NCBI GenBank assembly: GCA_029856365.1
Contig: JAHQWW010000021.1
Location: forward strand, 1 to 45,989
Origin: Candidatus Hodarchaeota archaeon
GTDB taxonomy: Archaea > Asgardarchaeota > Heimdallarchaeia > Hodarchaeales > Hodarchaeaceae
Reading direction: 5' to 3'
Length of the DNA: 45,989 nucleotides
Shown: one piece after another, positions 1 through 10,277 of the stretch
How the letters are laid out: each line of letters starts with the position of its first letter
How positions within the stretch are numbered: position 1 is the stretch's first letter
Made by a program: the position numbers and the translations under genes
Notes under the pieces: model-generated
The model's database searches: none
Told to the model about the DNA's origin: nothing
Seen by the model: the letters and a program-made list of their open reading frames with translations, nothing else

Positions 1-74
1 AAACAAGCTGTTGAATGATGAAGATTTTTCTTGAAATACCTATTTATTAAAGTCTCATTCAGTTATTTTTTGAT

Positions 75-557
75 TTGAGTTGGATAGTAAAGTCCTCGAT
101 AATTTCATTTGGTCATGATATTGAAGGATCATGGTTACTTACTGAAGCTGCTGAAGCACTAGGAAATGAGAAATTATTGAAAGAGATAAAAAATGTTGCC
201 ATAAAGCTGGTTGATAGAACTATAATGGAAGGAACAGATAAAAGTAGTTCTCTCTTCTATGAATATGATAAAAAAACTGGAAAAATAGACTTTGATAAAC
301 ATTGGTGGTGTCAAGCAGAAGCAATGATTGGATTAGTAAAGGCCTGGCAAATAACAGGAAATCAACAATATATGAAGAATGCTGCTAATATCTGGGATTA
401 TATTACAAAATTCATTATTAATGTTGAATATGGAGAATGGAACGCCGTGATTGATAAATTCAACCATGTTATCACTAAGGGGGATAGAGTTGGATTCTGG
501 AAATGCCCCTATCATAATACAAGGGCTTGTATAGAGGTTATTAATCGTTTAGTTTAG
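75..557 (+). CDS. Cellobiose 2-epimerase / AGE-family epimerase, C-terminal part (5' end outside the window and disrupted at 1-74)
   Basis: Motifs SFGHDIEGSWLL, KHWWCQAEA and GFWKCPYHNTRAC are typical of cellobiose 2-epimerases. Homology continues upstream (QLFFD at 60-74; KIFLE at 21-35) across an in-frame TAA at 48-50. Confidence 0.85.
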   Translation: MSWIVKSSIISFGHDIEGSWLLTEAAEALGNEKLLKEIKNVAIKLVDRTIMEGTDKSSSLFYEYDKKTGKIDFDKHWWCQAEAMIGLVKAWQITGNQQYMKNAANIWDYITKFIINVEYGEWNAVIDKFNHVITKGDRVGFWKCPYHNTRACIEVINRLV

Positions 558-939
558 CTGGAATCACTGCAATTACTTCAATCTCAATCTTTATTCCCTC
601 GATTGGTGACTGAGCTTGGATTGTAACGCGAACAGGTTCATAGCCAACCTTAAAAAAATCTCGATACACTTGATCCATCTTATTAAATTCATTACCATCC
701 TTCATAAAGATGGTTACTTTCACGATATTATCCATTGAAGTCCCCGAAGATTCTAATAAAAATTGTACATTTTGTAATGCTTTGCGTGTTTGCTGTTCAA
801 TCGTTCCAGGAATAATATCACCTGTTTTTAAATTGCAAGATAATTGGCTAGAAAGAAATAATAAATCCCCAGCTTTAACAACATGATTAAATGGACTTGT
901 TGGCTTAATGCCATTAATAATGATGATTTCTTTTTGCAT
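541..939 (-). CDS. ridA: RidA/YjgF/UK114 family enamine/imine deaminase
   Basis: 132 aa with LFLSSQL, IEQQT..ALQNV, IVKVTIF, PVR and IEIEVIA. Its 3' end overlaps the convergent epimerase by 17 nt. Confidence 0.88.
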   Translation of the reverse strand: MQKEIIIINGIKPTSPFNHVVKAGDLLFLSSQLSCNLKTGDIIPGTIEQQTRKALQNVQFLLESSGTSMDNIVKVTIFMKDGNEFNKMDQVYRDFFKVGYEPVRVTIQAQSPIEGIKIEIEVIAVIPAKLND

Positions 940-1180
940 TCACTAATCCACCAATTAAATCTGATAATTTATTAAAATCACTTAAACAGACAAATATAAC
1001 TAATAATCATTGAAATATTTTTTAATTCATAACATTGGTTGTTCTTAAACCAACAGATATTGGAGATTACCTTTAATAGAATGTTTAAAGGAATTTTTCC
1101 TACATAAATATCAAGAACCTAAACTTATGTAAGCTACTGACATTTAAAATAACTTACTAGTTCAAATAATATAGAAAAAG

Positions 1181-1185
1181 GGTGA
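1181..1185 (+). promoter_or_regulatory. Shine-Dalgarno motif GGTGA
   Basis: Lies 6 nt before ATG 1192. The same motif occurs at 24646-24650 (6 nt before TTG 24657) and at 28022-28026 on the minus strand (5 nt before ATG 28016). Confidence 0.6.
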
Positions 1186-1191
1186 AGAATT

Positions 1192-1686
1192 ATGCAAAAA
1201 TTAGAAAATGTAAAGGGTCAATTACATTATGCTTTGAACATGGCAATGAAGACATTAGATAAAGCAATTTTATTAATTCCCGATGATAAACTCAATTGGA
1301 AACCTGTCGAGGATGCAAAGACCACAGCGGAGCTTTGTATTCATATTTATCGAGATTCATTAATCCTTACAGTTGGGACTTTGAAAGGTGAGGCTAATAA
1401 TGAAGATTATGATATTATTCCCTTCGATCCCCAAAAAATAAATTCGTCAAAAGAAATTGTAGAGTACGGAGGGAAGGTTAAGCAATTTATTCAAGAAACG
1501 GTTGAAAAATTATCCGAGAAAGATATGGATAAACAAATTACCTACAACTGCTGGGGGGGTGTTAAAATGGGGGGATTTGGGTCATTATCAACGATCCTTG
1601 AGGAAACTATTCATCACCGAGGACAATTATGCCTATATTTACGTATGATGGGAATTAAGCCTCCATTTATTTATGATTTTAGTTGA
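1192..1686 (+). CDS. DinB/YfiT family protein
   Basis: LNWKP...T.AEL..HI and C-terminal ETIHHRGQL..YLRMMG signature. Confidence 0.88.
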   Translation: MQKLENVKGQLHYALNMAMKTLDKAILLIPDDKLNWKPVEDAKTTAELCIHIYRDSLILTVGTLKGEANNEDYDIIPFDPQKINSSKEIVEYGGKVKQFIQETVEKLSEKDMDKQITYNCWGGVKMGGFGSLSTILEETIHHRGQLCLYLRMMGIKPPFIYDFS

Positions 1687-1761
1687 TCTAGCAAAAATTA
1701 TATTGTTTCAACAAATCAATTCAATAATCAGATTTAGGATATCCTCTGTTAGGGATTTAAA

Positions 1762-2685
1762 ATGAATTCAAAAATAAATACTGTGACTGGTGAAATCCAA
1801 CCAAAGGAAATGGGTTTTACCCTACCACATGAACATATATTAGTAGATTTTATTGGTGTTGAAGAAACAGGAAAACATCGATACAATCCCGAAGAAGTCA
1901 TTAACGTAATGTTTCCATATCTATTAGACATCAAAAAGCTTGGTGTAACAACTTTTATTGATTGTACACCAATGTATCTGGCAAGAGATGTTGAGATCCT
2001 AAAAGAATTGGCAAATAAAACCAATCTGAACATTCTTACAAACACAGGCTTATATGGTAGAGAACCATATATTCCAAAACATGCTTACAAAGAATCTATT
2101 GAAGAATTAGCAAATCAATGGATTCTAGAAACAAAAGAGGGAATTGAGGACACGTTAATAAAACCAGGTTTCATAAAAACAGCTGTAGATGGGGAAGAAT
2201 TTACTGAAATCGAGAATAAACTCATTGAAGTAGCTGCAGTAGCATCCAATGAAACAAATCTTACAATAGCGACTCATACATGTTTTGGAGAGAAAGCACT
2301 ACAAATCCTGAAGGTCTTAAATGATTATAATGTTAAGCCACAGAAATGGATTTTTGTCCATGCAAACATCGAAGAAAAATTAGAACTCATTTTACAGGTT
2401 GCTGAGCAAGGAGCATGGATAGAACTTGATGGGGTCGGACAAGAAGGCCAAGATGAGAAGATACTCAATATTCTTGATATATTGATTGATCAGGACTATG
2501 AGGATCAAATCTTATTGTCTCAAGATGCAGGTTGTTACTTTGTGGGAGAACCCAATGGTGGTGAGATAAGACCGTTTAGTCCTTTCATAACCGAATTCAT
2601 ACCTGTCTTACGTGACCGTGGAATTCAAGACGAATTGATTCAGAAATTCACTATTAATAATCCTGCATCAGCTTTTTCGATATGA
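1762..2685 (+). CDS. Phosphotriesterase-related amidohydrolase (PTE/PHP-like, possibly a lactonase)
   Basis: TLPHEH metal motif, GFIK (carbamylated Lys position), ATHT, FVHA, LLSQDAG and C-terminal NNPA. Confidence 0.92.
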   Translation: MNSKINTVTGEIQPKEMGFTLPHEHILVDFIGVEETGKHRYNPEEVINVMFPYLLDIKKLGVTTFIDCTPMYLARDVEILKELANKTNLNILTNTGLYGREPYIPKHAYKESIEELANQWILETKEGIEDTLIKPGFIKTAVDGEEFTEIENKLIEVAAVASNETNLTIATHTCFGEKALQILKVLNDYNVKPQKWIFVHANIEEKLELILQVAEQGAWIELDGVGQEGQDEKILNILDILIDQDYEDQILLSQDAGCYFVGEPNGGEIRPFSPFITEFIPVLRDRGIQDELIQKFTINNPASAFSI

Positions 2686-2738
2686 TTACTAATTATGCCT
2701 ACTTAAAAGCATAAAAAGAGACAACCTTCTGTTATCCT

Positions 2739-3512
2739 ATGTATCATGAACATCATAAACAGATTATAAACAAGCTTAAGCAACATTTTATGAACGATCC
2801 GAATATTTTAGCACTTATTATCAATGGTTCTGTAGCTCGAGGGTCAGCTGGCCCTGAATCAGATGTTGATTTCGTATTAGTGGTAACAGACCTTGAGTAT
2901 GAACATAGAGAAAGTAATAACGAAATCCATTTTAATTGTAATGAATTTTGTATTACTCCTTGCACTGAAGTAAATGGATCAACAAAAACCGAAAGAATGC
3001 TGAAATGGCTCGCTAAAAACGGTACTGATGTTGCTAGATATGCTTTTATTGAAGCAAATATCATTTTCTCCAAATTACCAGACTTAAACAAATTATTAGA
3101 GCAAATTACTACATTTTCTACTCATGATAGTAAGGATAAATTAGAAAGCTTTTACAGTCAAGTCAAAATGCATTATTCGTATCTTGAGTATGGATATTAC
3201 AGTCAAAATACTTATGTTTTAAACCAAACAGCAGTGCTCCTAGCATTATTTGGAGGGAGAATGATCTTGACTCATAATAATATGTTTTATCCTGGTCGAA
3301 AGTGGTTTATGACCCAGTTAGAGGAAGCAGAACAAAAACCTAAAGATTTTATTTATTCTATGAAGGAATTATTACAGTTTCCCAATTTATCGAATGCAAA
3401 GGAATTTTGCGACATATTGCTTAATTTCAGGGACTGGCCAAAGCCACACGAAGGATGGTTTAATCGTTTTGAAAATGATATGAAAAACCACTGTTGGAAT
3501 GCAATTGATTAG
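2739..3512 (+). CDS. Pol-beta superfamily nucleotidyltransferase-domain protein
   Basis: N-terminal hG-S motif NGSVARGSAGPESDVDFVLV followed by a helical C-terminal domain. Confidence 0.8.
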   Translation: MYHEHHKQIINKLKQHFMNDPNILALIINGSVARGSAGPESDVDFVLVVTDLEYEHRESNNEIHFNCNEFCITPCTEVNGSTKTERMLKWLAKNGTDVARYAFIEANIIFSKLPDLNKLLEQITTFSTHDSKDKLESFYSQVKMHYSYLEYGYYSQNTYVLNQTAVLLALFGGRMILTHNNMFYPGRKWFMTQLEEAEQKPKDFIYSMKELLQFPNLSNAKEFCDILLNFRDWPKPHEGWFNRFENDMKNHCWNAID

Positions 3513-3516
3513 AATA

Positions 3517-3816
3517 CTACCCAGCCATTGATGCTACTATTTCCAAGAGTAGCCTAACAGAAAAACCAATCACCAACATCACAAAACCATAACCAAAGCA
3601 AATGAGGAACACAGGTAAGAATGCATCAGATTGTGTTACATCCAAGATAAGATTTGTAGGGAAGTAAGATAAAACTGCAGCTCCAATAACAGCAATTAGA
3701 ATTGAACCACCAATAAAAATTATTATTTCTACAATTGTTAATGGTTCATCTTTGGGATCTATTTCGGTTTCTTGGGCACCATCCGTTATTTTTGGTGTTT
3801 TATCAATATCGTTCAT
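3517..3816 (-). CDS. Small hypothetical membrane protein (2 predicted TM helices)
   Basis: Acidic N-terminus followed by two long hydrophobic segments; ATG start. Confidence 0.7.
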   Translation of the reverse strand: MNDIDKTPKITDGAQETEIDPKDEPLTIVEIIIFIGGSILIAVIGAAVLSYFPTNLILDVTQSDAFLPVFLICFGYGFVMLVIGFSVRLLLEIVASMAG

Positions 3817-4002
3817 ATCTACTATTCATCCTGCCAATAATTCTTTCTTTTTCTCATTATTTTAGTTCTGGGAAAATAATTTGGAAATATAGTATTTAGT
3901 GAATACCATTTCTATTAAGTTCCTTAATAACCATTCTGTGCTACAAAGTTTGTTCGATATTTTTTAGGATGTATGAAATTGTGGAAATAAGAGAGATAAA
4001 TC

Positions 4003-4725
4003 ATGATCTACAAAGAAAATCTTGAACTGGCGTTAGAAAATGTTGGACGTTATGAACAATATAAATTTATAAGAGCATGGGGGATTGTCAATATAATCGT
4101 AGGGTTGACAAGGTTTTTCTTGGCCTTTATCATCGAAATTCTTTTAGTCTGGTTTGTTAATCGTGATCTGTTTAATTTTTCAAGATCTGGTGCAATTTTA
4201 TTGGGATTCTTGAAATCTTTCATTCAAATTTTTACTCTTATTTCATTAGCTATCATATTCTTCTATAGCTATATTTCTGTAAAAAAAACCATTTTTACAG
4301 AGAATCAAATAATATCTCAAAGAATGATTAATCTTGGTTTAGCTTTGATAATTTTATATTTATCTGTATTTGTTTTCAAAATTCCTGGGAGTACATATCG
4401 AATAGACTTCATAGGCGTTATTCTTTGCTATTTTTTGCTTAATATAAGAACAGAAAATGATTTTAAGGAAGTATTATACCAAGGAATTACCCTTTTCCTT
4501 GTTCTAGTCTTTAATTTTGTCTGGCAATTTATTTATATCCTCACATTTTTGGATTTTAATATTGATACGCCACGTAGTTCAAACGATTTAGCTATTCCAG
4601 TCTTTATGTTTTCTTATTTTATTATAAATTTCGTCATAGCTGCGATTTATGTTGGAACTGGATATATGTTAATAAAAAAGGCATCGAGAGTATTAGAAGG
4701 AGAAAATAATTCTTCAAGGGTTTAA
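4003..4725 (+). CDS. Multi-pass membrane protein of unknown function
   Basis: About 6-7 hydrophobic segments; 1-nt gap to the downstream wHTH regulator. Confidence 0.75.
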   Translation: MIYKENLELALENVGRYEQYKFIRAWGIVNIIVGLTRFFLAFIIEILLVWFVNRDLFNFSRSGAILLGFLKSFIQIFTLISLAIIFFYSYISVKKTIFTENQIISQRMINLGLALIILYLSVFVFKIPGSTYRIDFIGVILCYFLLNIRTENDFKEVLYQGITLFLVLVFNFVWQFIYILTFLDFNIDTPRSSNDLAIPVFMFSYFIINFVIAAIYVGTGYMLIKKASRVLEGENNSSRV

Positions 4726-4726
4726 A

Positions 4727-5041
4727 ATGACAGAATTGGGCGAAATACCAGACGAATTCGAGATTTTCATTCCAACAGTTCGTTTGACTATAATGATTCT
4801 ACTTTATAATCACCAGAAAGTTACTTTCACTGAACTTCAAAGACTTCTAAATCTAACAGCAGGAAATCTTGATCATCACCTTAAAAAATTAGAAAACTCC
4901 CATGCCATCAGGATGTACAAAAAAATTTTCCCACAACGCCCATTAACTGTTATTGAAATCACAGAAACAGGAAAAAAATCATTTCAAGAGTATATTACAA
5001 TACTTAAAGGAATATTAAACCAGATTGATACGAATCAATGA
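4727..5041 (+). CDS. Winged-helix transcriptional regulator (HTH_34/ArsR-MarR-like)
   Basis: RL.IM.LL...TFTELQ..L.LTAGNL.HHL.KLE...P.T...IT..G...F pattern. Confidence 0.88.
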   Translation: MTELGEIPDEFEIFIPTVRLTIMILLYNHQKVTFTELQRLLNLTAGNLDHHLKKLENSHAIRMYKKIFPQRPLTVIEITETGKKSFQEYITILKGILNQIDTNQ

Positions 5042-5125
5042 TCTAATTTTGGCTTCCTGATTTGTTAAAAGAAAAACACAAATTAAAATGCCATATTTCC
5101 CTATCACTAAATTGTAAACGTGATT

Positions 5126-5800
5126 TCACAATATTTTCTTTATCTTTTCAGCTCTATTATGTAATCCACGTCTTATGGTCTGTTCTAATAAGACTTCTAA
5201 TAGTGGGGCTTTTATACTATGATTTTTCCAGTTGATAAATTGTAATTGCTTCTCTGCCAAAAAACCAAAATCTTTCTGTATCTGTGAGTCTTTATCCTTG
5301 AATACTCCTCCAATCCATTCTATTCTACTGTGTAAGAAGGCTCTCCCAAACCATTTACAAAACCATCCTTTCGTGTCAGCCACAGGTTCATAAACGTAAT
5401 CATTTAGAAGTATCCCCAATTTTAAAGCACTTTCATGATCAGTGACCAGATCAATATCACGCGGAATAATTTTTACACCGTATAACGCCAAAGCACAACT
5501 CCCTGTTACCCACCAGTGGAGCGACTCAGATTCTATCAATTCTAAAAAGGCCAATAATGCTTTTTCCCATGGAATAAGAATCTCATTAGCTGCTTGTTTG
5601 AGCATTTCTTCTGCAATTTCCTTGAACCGCTCAAAATACTTTTCTAAACGTGGAATATCTTTGGAAAAACTCCTCCCAAACCCTTCCTCTAATTCAGGAT
5701 ATTGAAGTTTTCTTAGAACTGCTCTGTAATTCTCATTAGATGTATTAATTAGAAATATTACTTCTTCCCCTTTATCTTTCCAATCAATTTCCAAAGACAT
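5126..5800 (-). CDS. Nucleotidyltransferase-like protein (pol-beta fold)
   Basis: WWVTGSCALALYGVKIIPRDIDLV gives the hGS...DxD motif. Confidence 0.7.
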   Translation of the reverse strand: MSLEIDWKDKGEEVIFLINTSNENYRAVLRKLQYPELEEGFGRSFSKDIPRLEKYFERFKEIAEEMLKQAANEILIPWEKALLAFLELIESESLHWWVTGSCALALYGVKIIPRDIDLVTDHESALKLGILLNDYVYEPVADTKGWFCKWFGRAFLHSRIEWIGGVFKDKDSQIQKDFGFLAEKQLQFINWKNHSIKAPLLEVLLEQTIRRGLHNRAEKIKKIL

Positions 5801-5875
5801 AATAACTCACAATGTTAATAGTATGAAAGATTATTTCCATTAAAGTGGAGCTCCATAATTAGATTTCAAGATAAA

Positions 5876-6715
5876 TTACAGTGGTGGCCCATTCCTCACT
5901 ATCTGTTGAATATTCTTTGAGGAACCACGACCAGGATAAATACATTCAACTATCCATGTCACCCCAGCATCTATATAATCGTTTATCCACTGATTTTCTT
6001 CTTTTTTAGCTGATGTAACGACAGGGTGTATCACATCAAAAGACTCTGAGGTTCTTCGATGAAGCTGAATATACTTAATGATTTCTTTGATGTCATCTGT
6101 CCACAATGGTTCTTCAAATCCTTCTCTAATAGGGAAAATCCCATTAAATTTTGCTGCTCGTCGAAATGGCCGTTTATTTGGCCAAGTGCCCCCAACCCAG
6201 ATAGGAATTGGCTTCTGTACTGGCTTGGGAATGAATTTAACCTCGTTTATCTGAAAGAAATCGCCTTGATAAGAGAACGGCTCACCAGTCCATAATCCTG
6301 TCAAGACATCAAGTCCTTCATCTAATTTTTTCCCGCGAACTTGAGGGTCTCCATCTTCACCAAAATCACGGAATTCAGTATCCATTCCTAACCCAATTCC
6401 TAATATTAATCTTCCATTAGACAATCGATCTAATGAAACTGTTTCTCTAGCGACTTTCCATGGTCTCCTTCGCGCTAATGCAGTTACCGTTGTCCCAATT
6501 CTAAGCTTTTCTGTTTTTGTGGCTATCCCTGCCAAGACTATCCATGGATCAAGTATTGGCTCATGACTGTCTTTATTTAGATGCATATGATCCCAGATGA
6601 AAAAACCATCCCAATTACTCTCCTCTGCTAGTATTGATAGTTTCATATAATCCTGAGGGTCTGTAAAGACTCCATGATTAGCAATATATACACCAAACTT
6701 TGCCTTAATACTCAT
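5876..6715 (-). CDS. Luciferase-like (LLM class) flavin/F420-dependent oxidoreductase
   Basis: AEE..WDGFFIWDH, DPWIVL, LDRLSNGRLILGIGLG, PIPIWVGG. The start is placed at ATG 6715 because the ORF-track GTG at 6724 is part of an AGGTG SD. Confidence 0.9.
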   Translation of the reverse strand: MSIKAKFGVYIANHGVFTDPQDYMKLSILAEESNWDGFFIWDHMHLNKDSHEPILDPWIVLAGIATKTEKLRIGTTVTALARRRPWKVARETVSLDRLSNGRLILGIGLGMDTEFRDFGEDGDPQVRGKKLDEGLDVLTGLWTGEPFSYQGDFFQINEVKFIPKPVQKPIPIWVGGTWPNKRPFRRAAKFNGIFPIREGFEEPLWTDDIKEIIKYIQLHRRTSESFDVIHPVVTSAKKEENQWINDYIDAGVTWIVECIYPGRGSSKNIQQIVRNGPPL

Positions 6716-6870
6716 CTTAGGCACCTATAAACAATAAACAAAAAATTACTTTTAATTATGAAGATAGGGGTAATGAAGGAAAATCTTGAATTTAAATTTA
6801 TAAGAAAGAAAAGGAGAGAGTGGAAAATATTCAATTATGGGCCTTCTTTTTTTAATCTTAAAATGGTGTA

Positions 6871-9603
6871 TTAATCCACTTCCACAACGATATGGTGAAC
6901 AGCATCATCTTCTAGCTCTTCCAGATGTTTCCTTAAAATGAGAATATGGTTCTTAGTTCTTAAGAAATCAACTTTCTTTTGATTTAGAATTACGTTCTTG
7001 ATTGAGTAATCACCGAAATCTTTTCGATTTACATTCCTAAACGTGATTTGTATTTTCTTCGCTGCAAACTGTGTATTAATATAGGTGGTTCCATCATCTC
7101 TAAATTGAGAAGACAACAACATAGGGTCTAGTAAGAGATCGCCTAATTCTCCTCGTATTCCGAACGCTCTAGTCACTAGAGTGAGAATTAACCAACTAGC
7201 TGAACCAGTGAGATAGTGATACATCCCTCTTCCTTTCTGATTGATATATTCAGGGATCCCTGGGTAAATTTTTGACATGGGAAAATTGATACAATGACGA
7301 AATATGGTATCTAAGACTTGAAATCCTTCATGAGCCATTCTTCTCTTGTAGAGTGCATTAGCATACATAACAGCCATATGGGAGAACATAGCTCCATTTT
7401 CTTTATGTCCATATGCAAAACCAAAGCATCGACCCATTTTTGGCAATATTTCATGGAAATTGGTATTCAACCTTACTCCTCCAACATTTTCATCCCAAAG
7501 ATACTTTTTCACTGAAGAGATTACGTCTTTCACTTGGTCATCAGTTGCTATTCCACCCATCAAAGGAAAAACTTGACCTGTAAGAGTCATCCTTACCCCC
7601 TTAGGGTGATCTCCCTCTAGTCTCTTTCCATCATCATCATAATATCCGTTAAACCAACTGTAACCTTCTTTGTTTTTAATCCATTCCTCTGTGCGAATGT
7701 GGTTAACAATCCAGTTTCCTTTCCTTTCTAAATCTGAAATCACATCATCGATGTTAATTTTTTCCTTTTTCCCTGAGACCGTATGAGAACAGCTTTTGTA
7801 GAATCGATCAAGGATTTCTCGCTTTTGTTGGGGAGAAGAATAATCTATTGATTTATTTAATGTATCTAAAAGGATCTTTAGTTCGAGAGCAAGCTCAACA
7901 ACTTCTATTCCTCTTTTAAGCTTAAGAGCTTTCAAAAGATTAGCTAATTCTAAAAAATCACTTCCATAAAAAGCAGTAAAAGCAACTGTTTCACCTTTTT
8001 CTCTTGCCATATCGAGGCCATCATTCCAATCGGCACCTTCTAGTAGAATATTATTGTGCTTACCAACATTGAAAAACGACGAAAGATGTTGTATTAATAA
8101 ATGTTCAAGTATTGATCCCTTATATTTTAGTCCGTTTTCAGTGAAAAGTTTTGTTCCTTGATTTAGATTCCATTTCTGATCATGAGCCCTACAACGGTTT
8201 ATGTGTCTGTCTTTAAAATAGAATTGACCTTCTAAAAGGAATTCTAAATCTCCGCTTTGATCAATATATAATTTTATTGTCATAAATGGCCAAGTTCCAT
8301 GGTCACTCCAAGTTCGGGGAATATCATTCCTGTCAGCTTTAAATTCACCAAGTTCAGTTCCAATAATTGTTGCATTACTCCCATCAAATCTAATGCCTGC
8401 AAAATTGTTCAAGAGAATGTTTCGTACAGTTTTGGGTTCCATTAACAATAAGGCAAGACAATCTTGCCAAAGGTCTCTCCAACCTCGGCCTCCACGTCCA
8501 TAATCATGATGGGGGAGAAATGAACACCCAAAGATTCTTCTAAGAATTGGTTGTAATGTTACCCACTTCAACCATCTATCAAATATAGTGTCAGTTGTCT
8601 TAAAACTAAGACTAAGCTTTTCTTTCCAATAGTTTTTAGTTTCATTCAAGGTTTTCATAAATTTATTTTTAGAAAGGAAGACTAAATCCCTAGTAAAATC
8701 TTTATCCGTAGTGATACCAAGTACAATTCTGTATGATACTGTTGTTCCCTTTGAAAGAGAAATTGTATTGAACCTAAGCGCTCCAATCGATTCATATCCT
8801 TCAAGATATTGATCAGAAGTTAAAAAGTTTTGAGAATTACATACAATTGCCTTTGGCCAATCTAATGTTCCTCCTTCGCCGATAAAATCCTTAAGAAGAG
8901 GAAAAAATCCTAATGGAGAGCGATCTTCATTATCAACTCCAAAAATCCCATAAGAAACTTCATTTTTCTTATGACCACGCTCGTCAAAAGAAAACGTTGG
9001 TTCAACAGTAATTCCAAATTTACTTGTATAGATTCTATGTAATAAACTTGTTACATGTCTATGATCGCGTAAATTATCAGCGGATCTGCAAAATAATGGA
9101 ATTCCAGAGGTCGGAGTAATTACAAGCTCTTCTTCTCCGATATTTGTTATTTTTATTTCCATTAACTCTACTGTTCTGCCTTCTGACGGAATATAATTCA
9201 AGATTTCAGCTTGGATTCCATATTTATGGTTTTTCCTGATAACTCTGTGCCACAGAAACCCAGCTTCTAGCTTTACTGTTTCCTCATTATCATTAATGAA
9301 TTTTAAATTTCTTTGATAAGATGAGTTTCCGGAAACTGACCAAACTCCCTTATTTTCTATAAAAAGCCAGAAATTACGATTATTTTTAGCATTATGTAAA
9401 TCTTCAATCGAAACTGGAGTAAGAAGATAGTTATTGTGCCCGATTTTGATATCACCATGTAATTCAGGCGTAATTGAAGACATCATTCCCGTTTCATTTA
9501 CTAATGGAAAATAGAGGTGATTTATTCTGTCAGGGAAATCTAACTGGAAATCTCCATCTTCATTGATAAAATTCCACTCCGTAATGCCATATCTCTTCTT
9601 CAT
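6871..9603 (-). CDS. GH94 glycoside phosphorylase, laminaribiose phosphorylase-like
   Basis: 910 aa with LYFPLVNE.GMMS.ITP.LHG, RSADNLRDHRHVTSLLHR, DYGRGGRGWRDLWQD, catalytic ADWNDG and HKENGAMFSHM. This matches my recollection of Paenibacillus laminaribiose phosphorylase rather than cellobiose phosphorylase. No signal peptide. Confidence 0.88.
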   Translation of the reverse strand: MKKRYGITEWNFINEDGDFQLDFPDRINHLYFPLVNETGMMSSITPELHGDIKIGHNNYLLTPVSIEDLHNAKNNRNFWLFIENKGVWSVSGNSSYQRNLKFINDNEETVKLEAGFLWHRVIRKNHKYGIQAEILNYIPSEGRTVELMEIKITNIGEEELVITPTSGIPLFCRSADNLRDHRHVTSLLHRIYTSKFGITVEPTFSFDERGHKKNEVSYGIFGVDNEDRSPLGFFPLLKDFIGEGGTLDWPKAIVCNSQNFLTSDQYLEGYESIGALRFNTISLSKGTTVSYRIVLGITTDKDFTRDLVFLSKNKFMKTLNETKNYWKEKLSLSFKTTDTIFDRWLKWVTLQPILRRIFGCSFLPHHDYGRGGRGWRDLWQDCLALLLMEPKTVRNILLNNFAGIRFDGSNATIIGTELGEFKADRNDIPRTWSDHGTWPFMTIKLYIDQSGDLEFLLEGQFYFKDRHINRCRAHDQKWNLNQGTKLFTENGLKYKGSILEHLLIQHLSSFFNVGKHNNILLEGADWNDGLDMAREKGETVAFTAFYGSDFLELANLLKALKLKRGIEVVELALELKILLDTLNKSIDYSSPQQKREILDRFYKSCSHTVSGKKEKINIDDVISDLERKGNWIVNHIRTEEWIKNKEGYSWFNGYYDDDGKRLEGDHPKGVRMTLTGQVFPLMGGIATDDQVKDVISSVKKYLWDENVGGVRLNTNFHEILPKMGRCFGFAYGHKENGAMFSHMAVMYANALYKRRMAHEGFQVLDTIFRHCINFPMSKIYPGIPEYINQKGRGMYHYLTGSASWLILTLVTRAFGIRGELGDLLLDPMLLSSQFRDDGTTYINTQFAAKKIQITFRNVNRKDFGDYSIKNVILNQKKVDFLRTKNHILILRKHLEELEDDAVHHIVVEVD

Positions 9604-9771
9604 ATTCCATCACAGATCATTTTCAGTCTGTTTTATCATTTCATCTTTCTTTTAACCCTACCATAAAATACTAGTGTTAGATTGGAAAAATGATTAGAAA
9701 ATTGAGTCATCCAATCTTGAAACTAAAGTTTCTTTTCACATATATATTATCTAAAAAAAGGAAGAACACCA

Positions 9772-10200
9772 ATGAATATTCCTAAGGATCTTTTAGAAAT
9801 AAAAGAATATTCAGAAGAGGGTTACAAACCCGTAATTGATTATGGGGCGTGGCGAGTAGCGATCTTAAATTTCATTGACGAACTATTGCCAGAAAACATT
9901 GACTTTATGAGTAAACATGATGAAACAGATGAAGTATTTATATTGTTGAAGGGTAATTGTATTCTCTTTATAGCTGAAGGAAACGAAAGTAAAATTACGA
10001 AGTTGTATGCAGAAGACATGGTTCCTTATAAAATATACAATGTCAAAAGAGGAGTCTGGCATAACCACACATTAAGTCATGATGCGATGATTTTAATTGT
10101 AGAAAATCAAGATACGACTGAATCAAATTCCCCTGTTATAGAACTGACAGAAAAACAGCAAAATGAGATCGTTGATTTGACCACTCGTTTATGGAGTTAA
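9772..10200 (+). CDS. Cupin-fold protein (ureidoglycolate lyase-like / conserved hypothetical)
   Basis: H..TDEVFILLKG and YNVKRGVWHNH cupin-type His/Glu motifs; divergent from the GH94 gene. Confidence 0.65.
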   Translation: MNIPKDLLEIKEYSEEGYKPVIDYGAWRVAILNFIDELLPENIDFMSKHDETDEVFILLKGNCILFIAEGNESKITKLYAEDMVPYKIYNVKRGVWHNHTLSHDAMILIVENQDTTESNSPVIELTEKQQNEIVDLTTRLWS

Positions 10201-10277
10201 TTTTTCTAATAACTAGGGAATTAAGGCTTTACTACAAATATCCCTTGACAGATTGAATATTGATTGTGTGTTTGAGG

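Noticed and set aside
2739-5800. Nucleotidyltransferases as MNT-HEPN toxin-antitoxin or CBASS components
   Set aside because: There is no adjacent HEPN or effector gene, and the sizes and motifs fit stand-alone small-molecule NTases.
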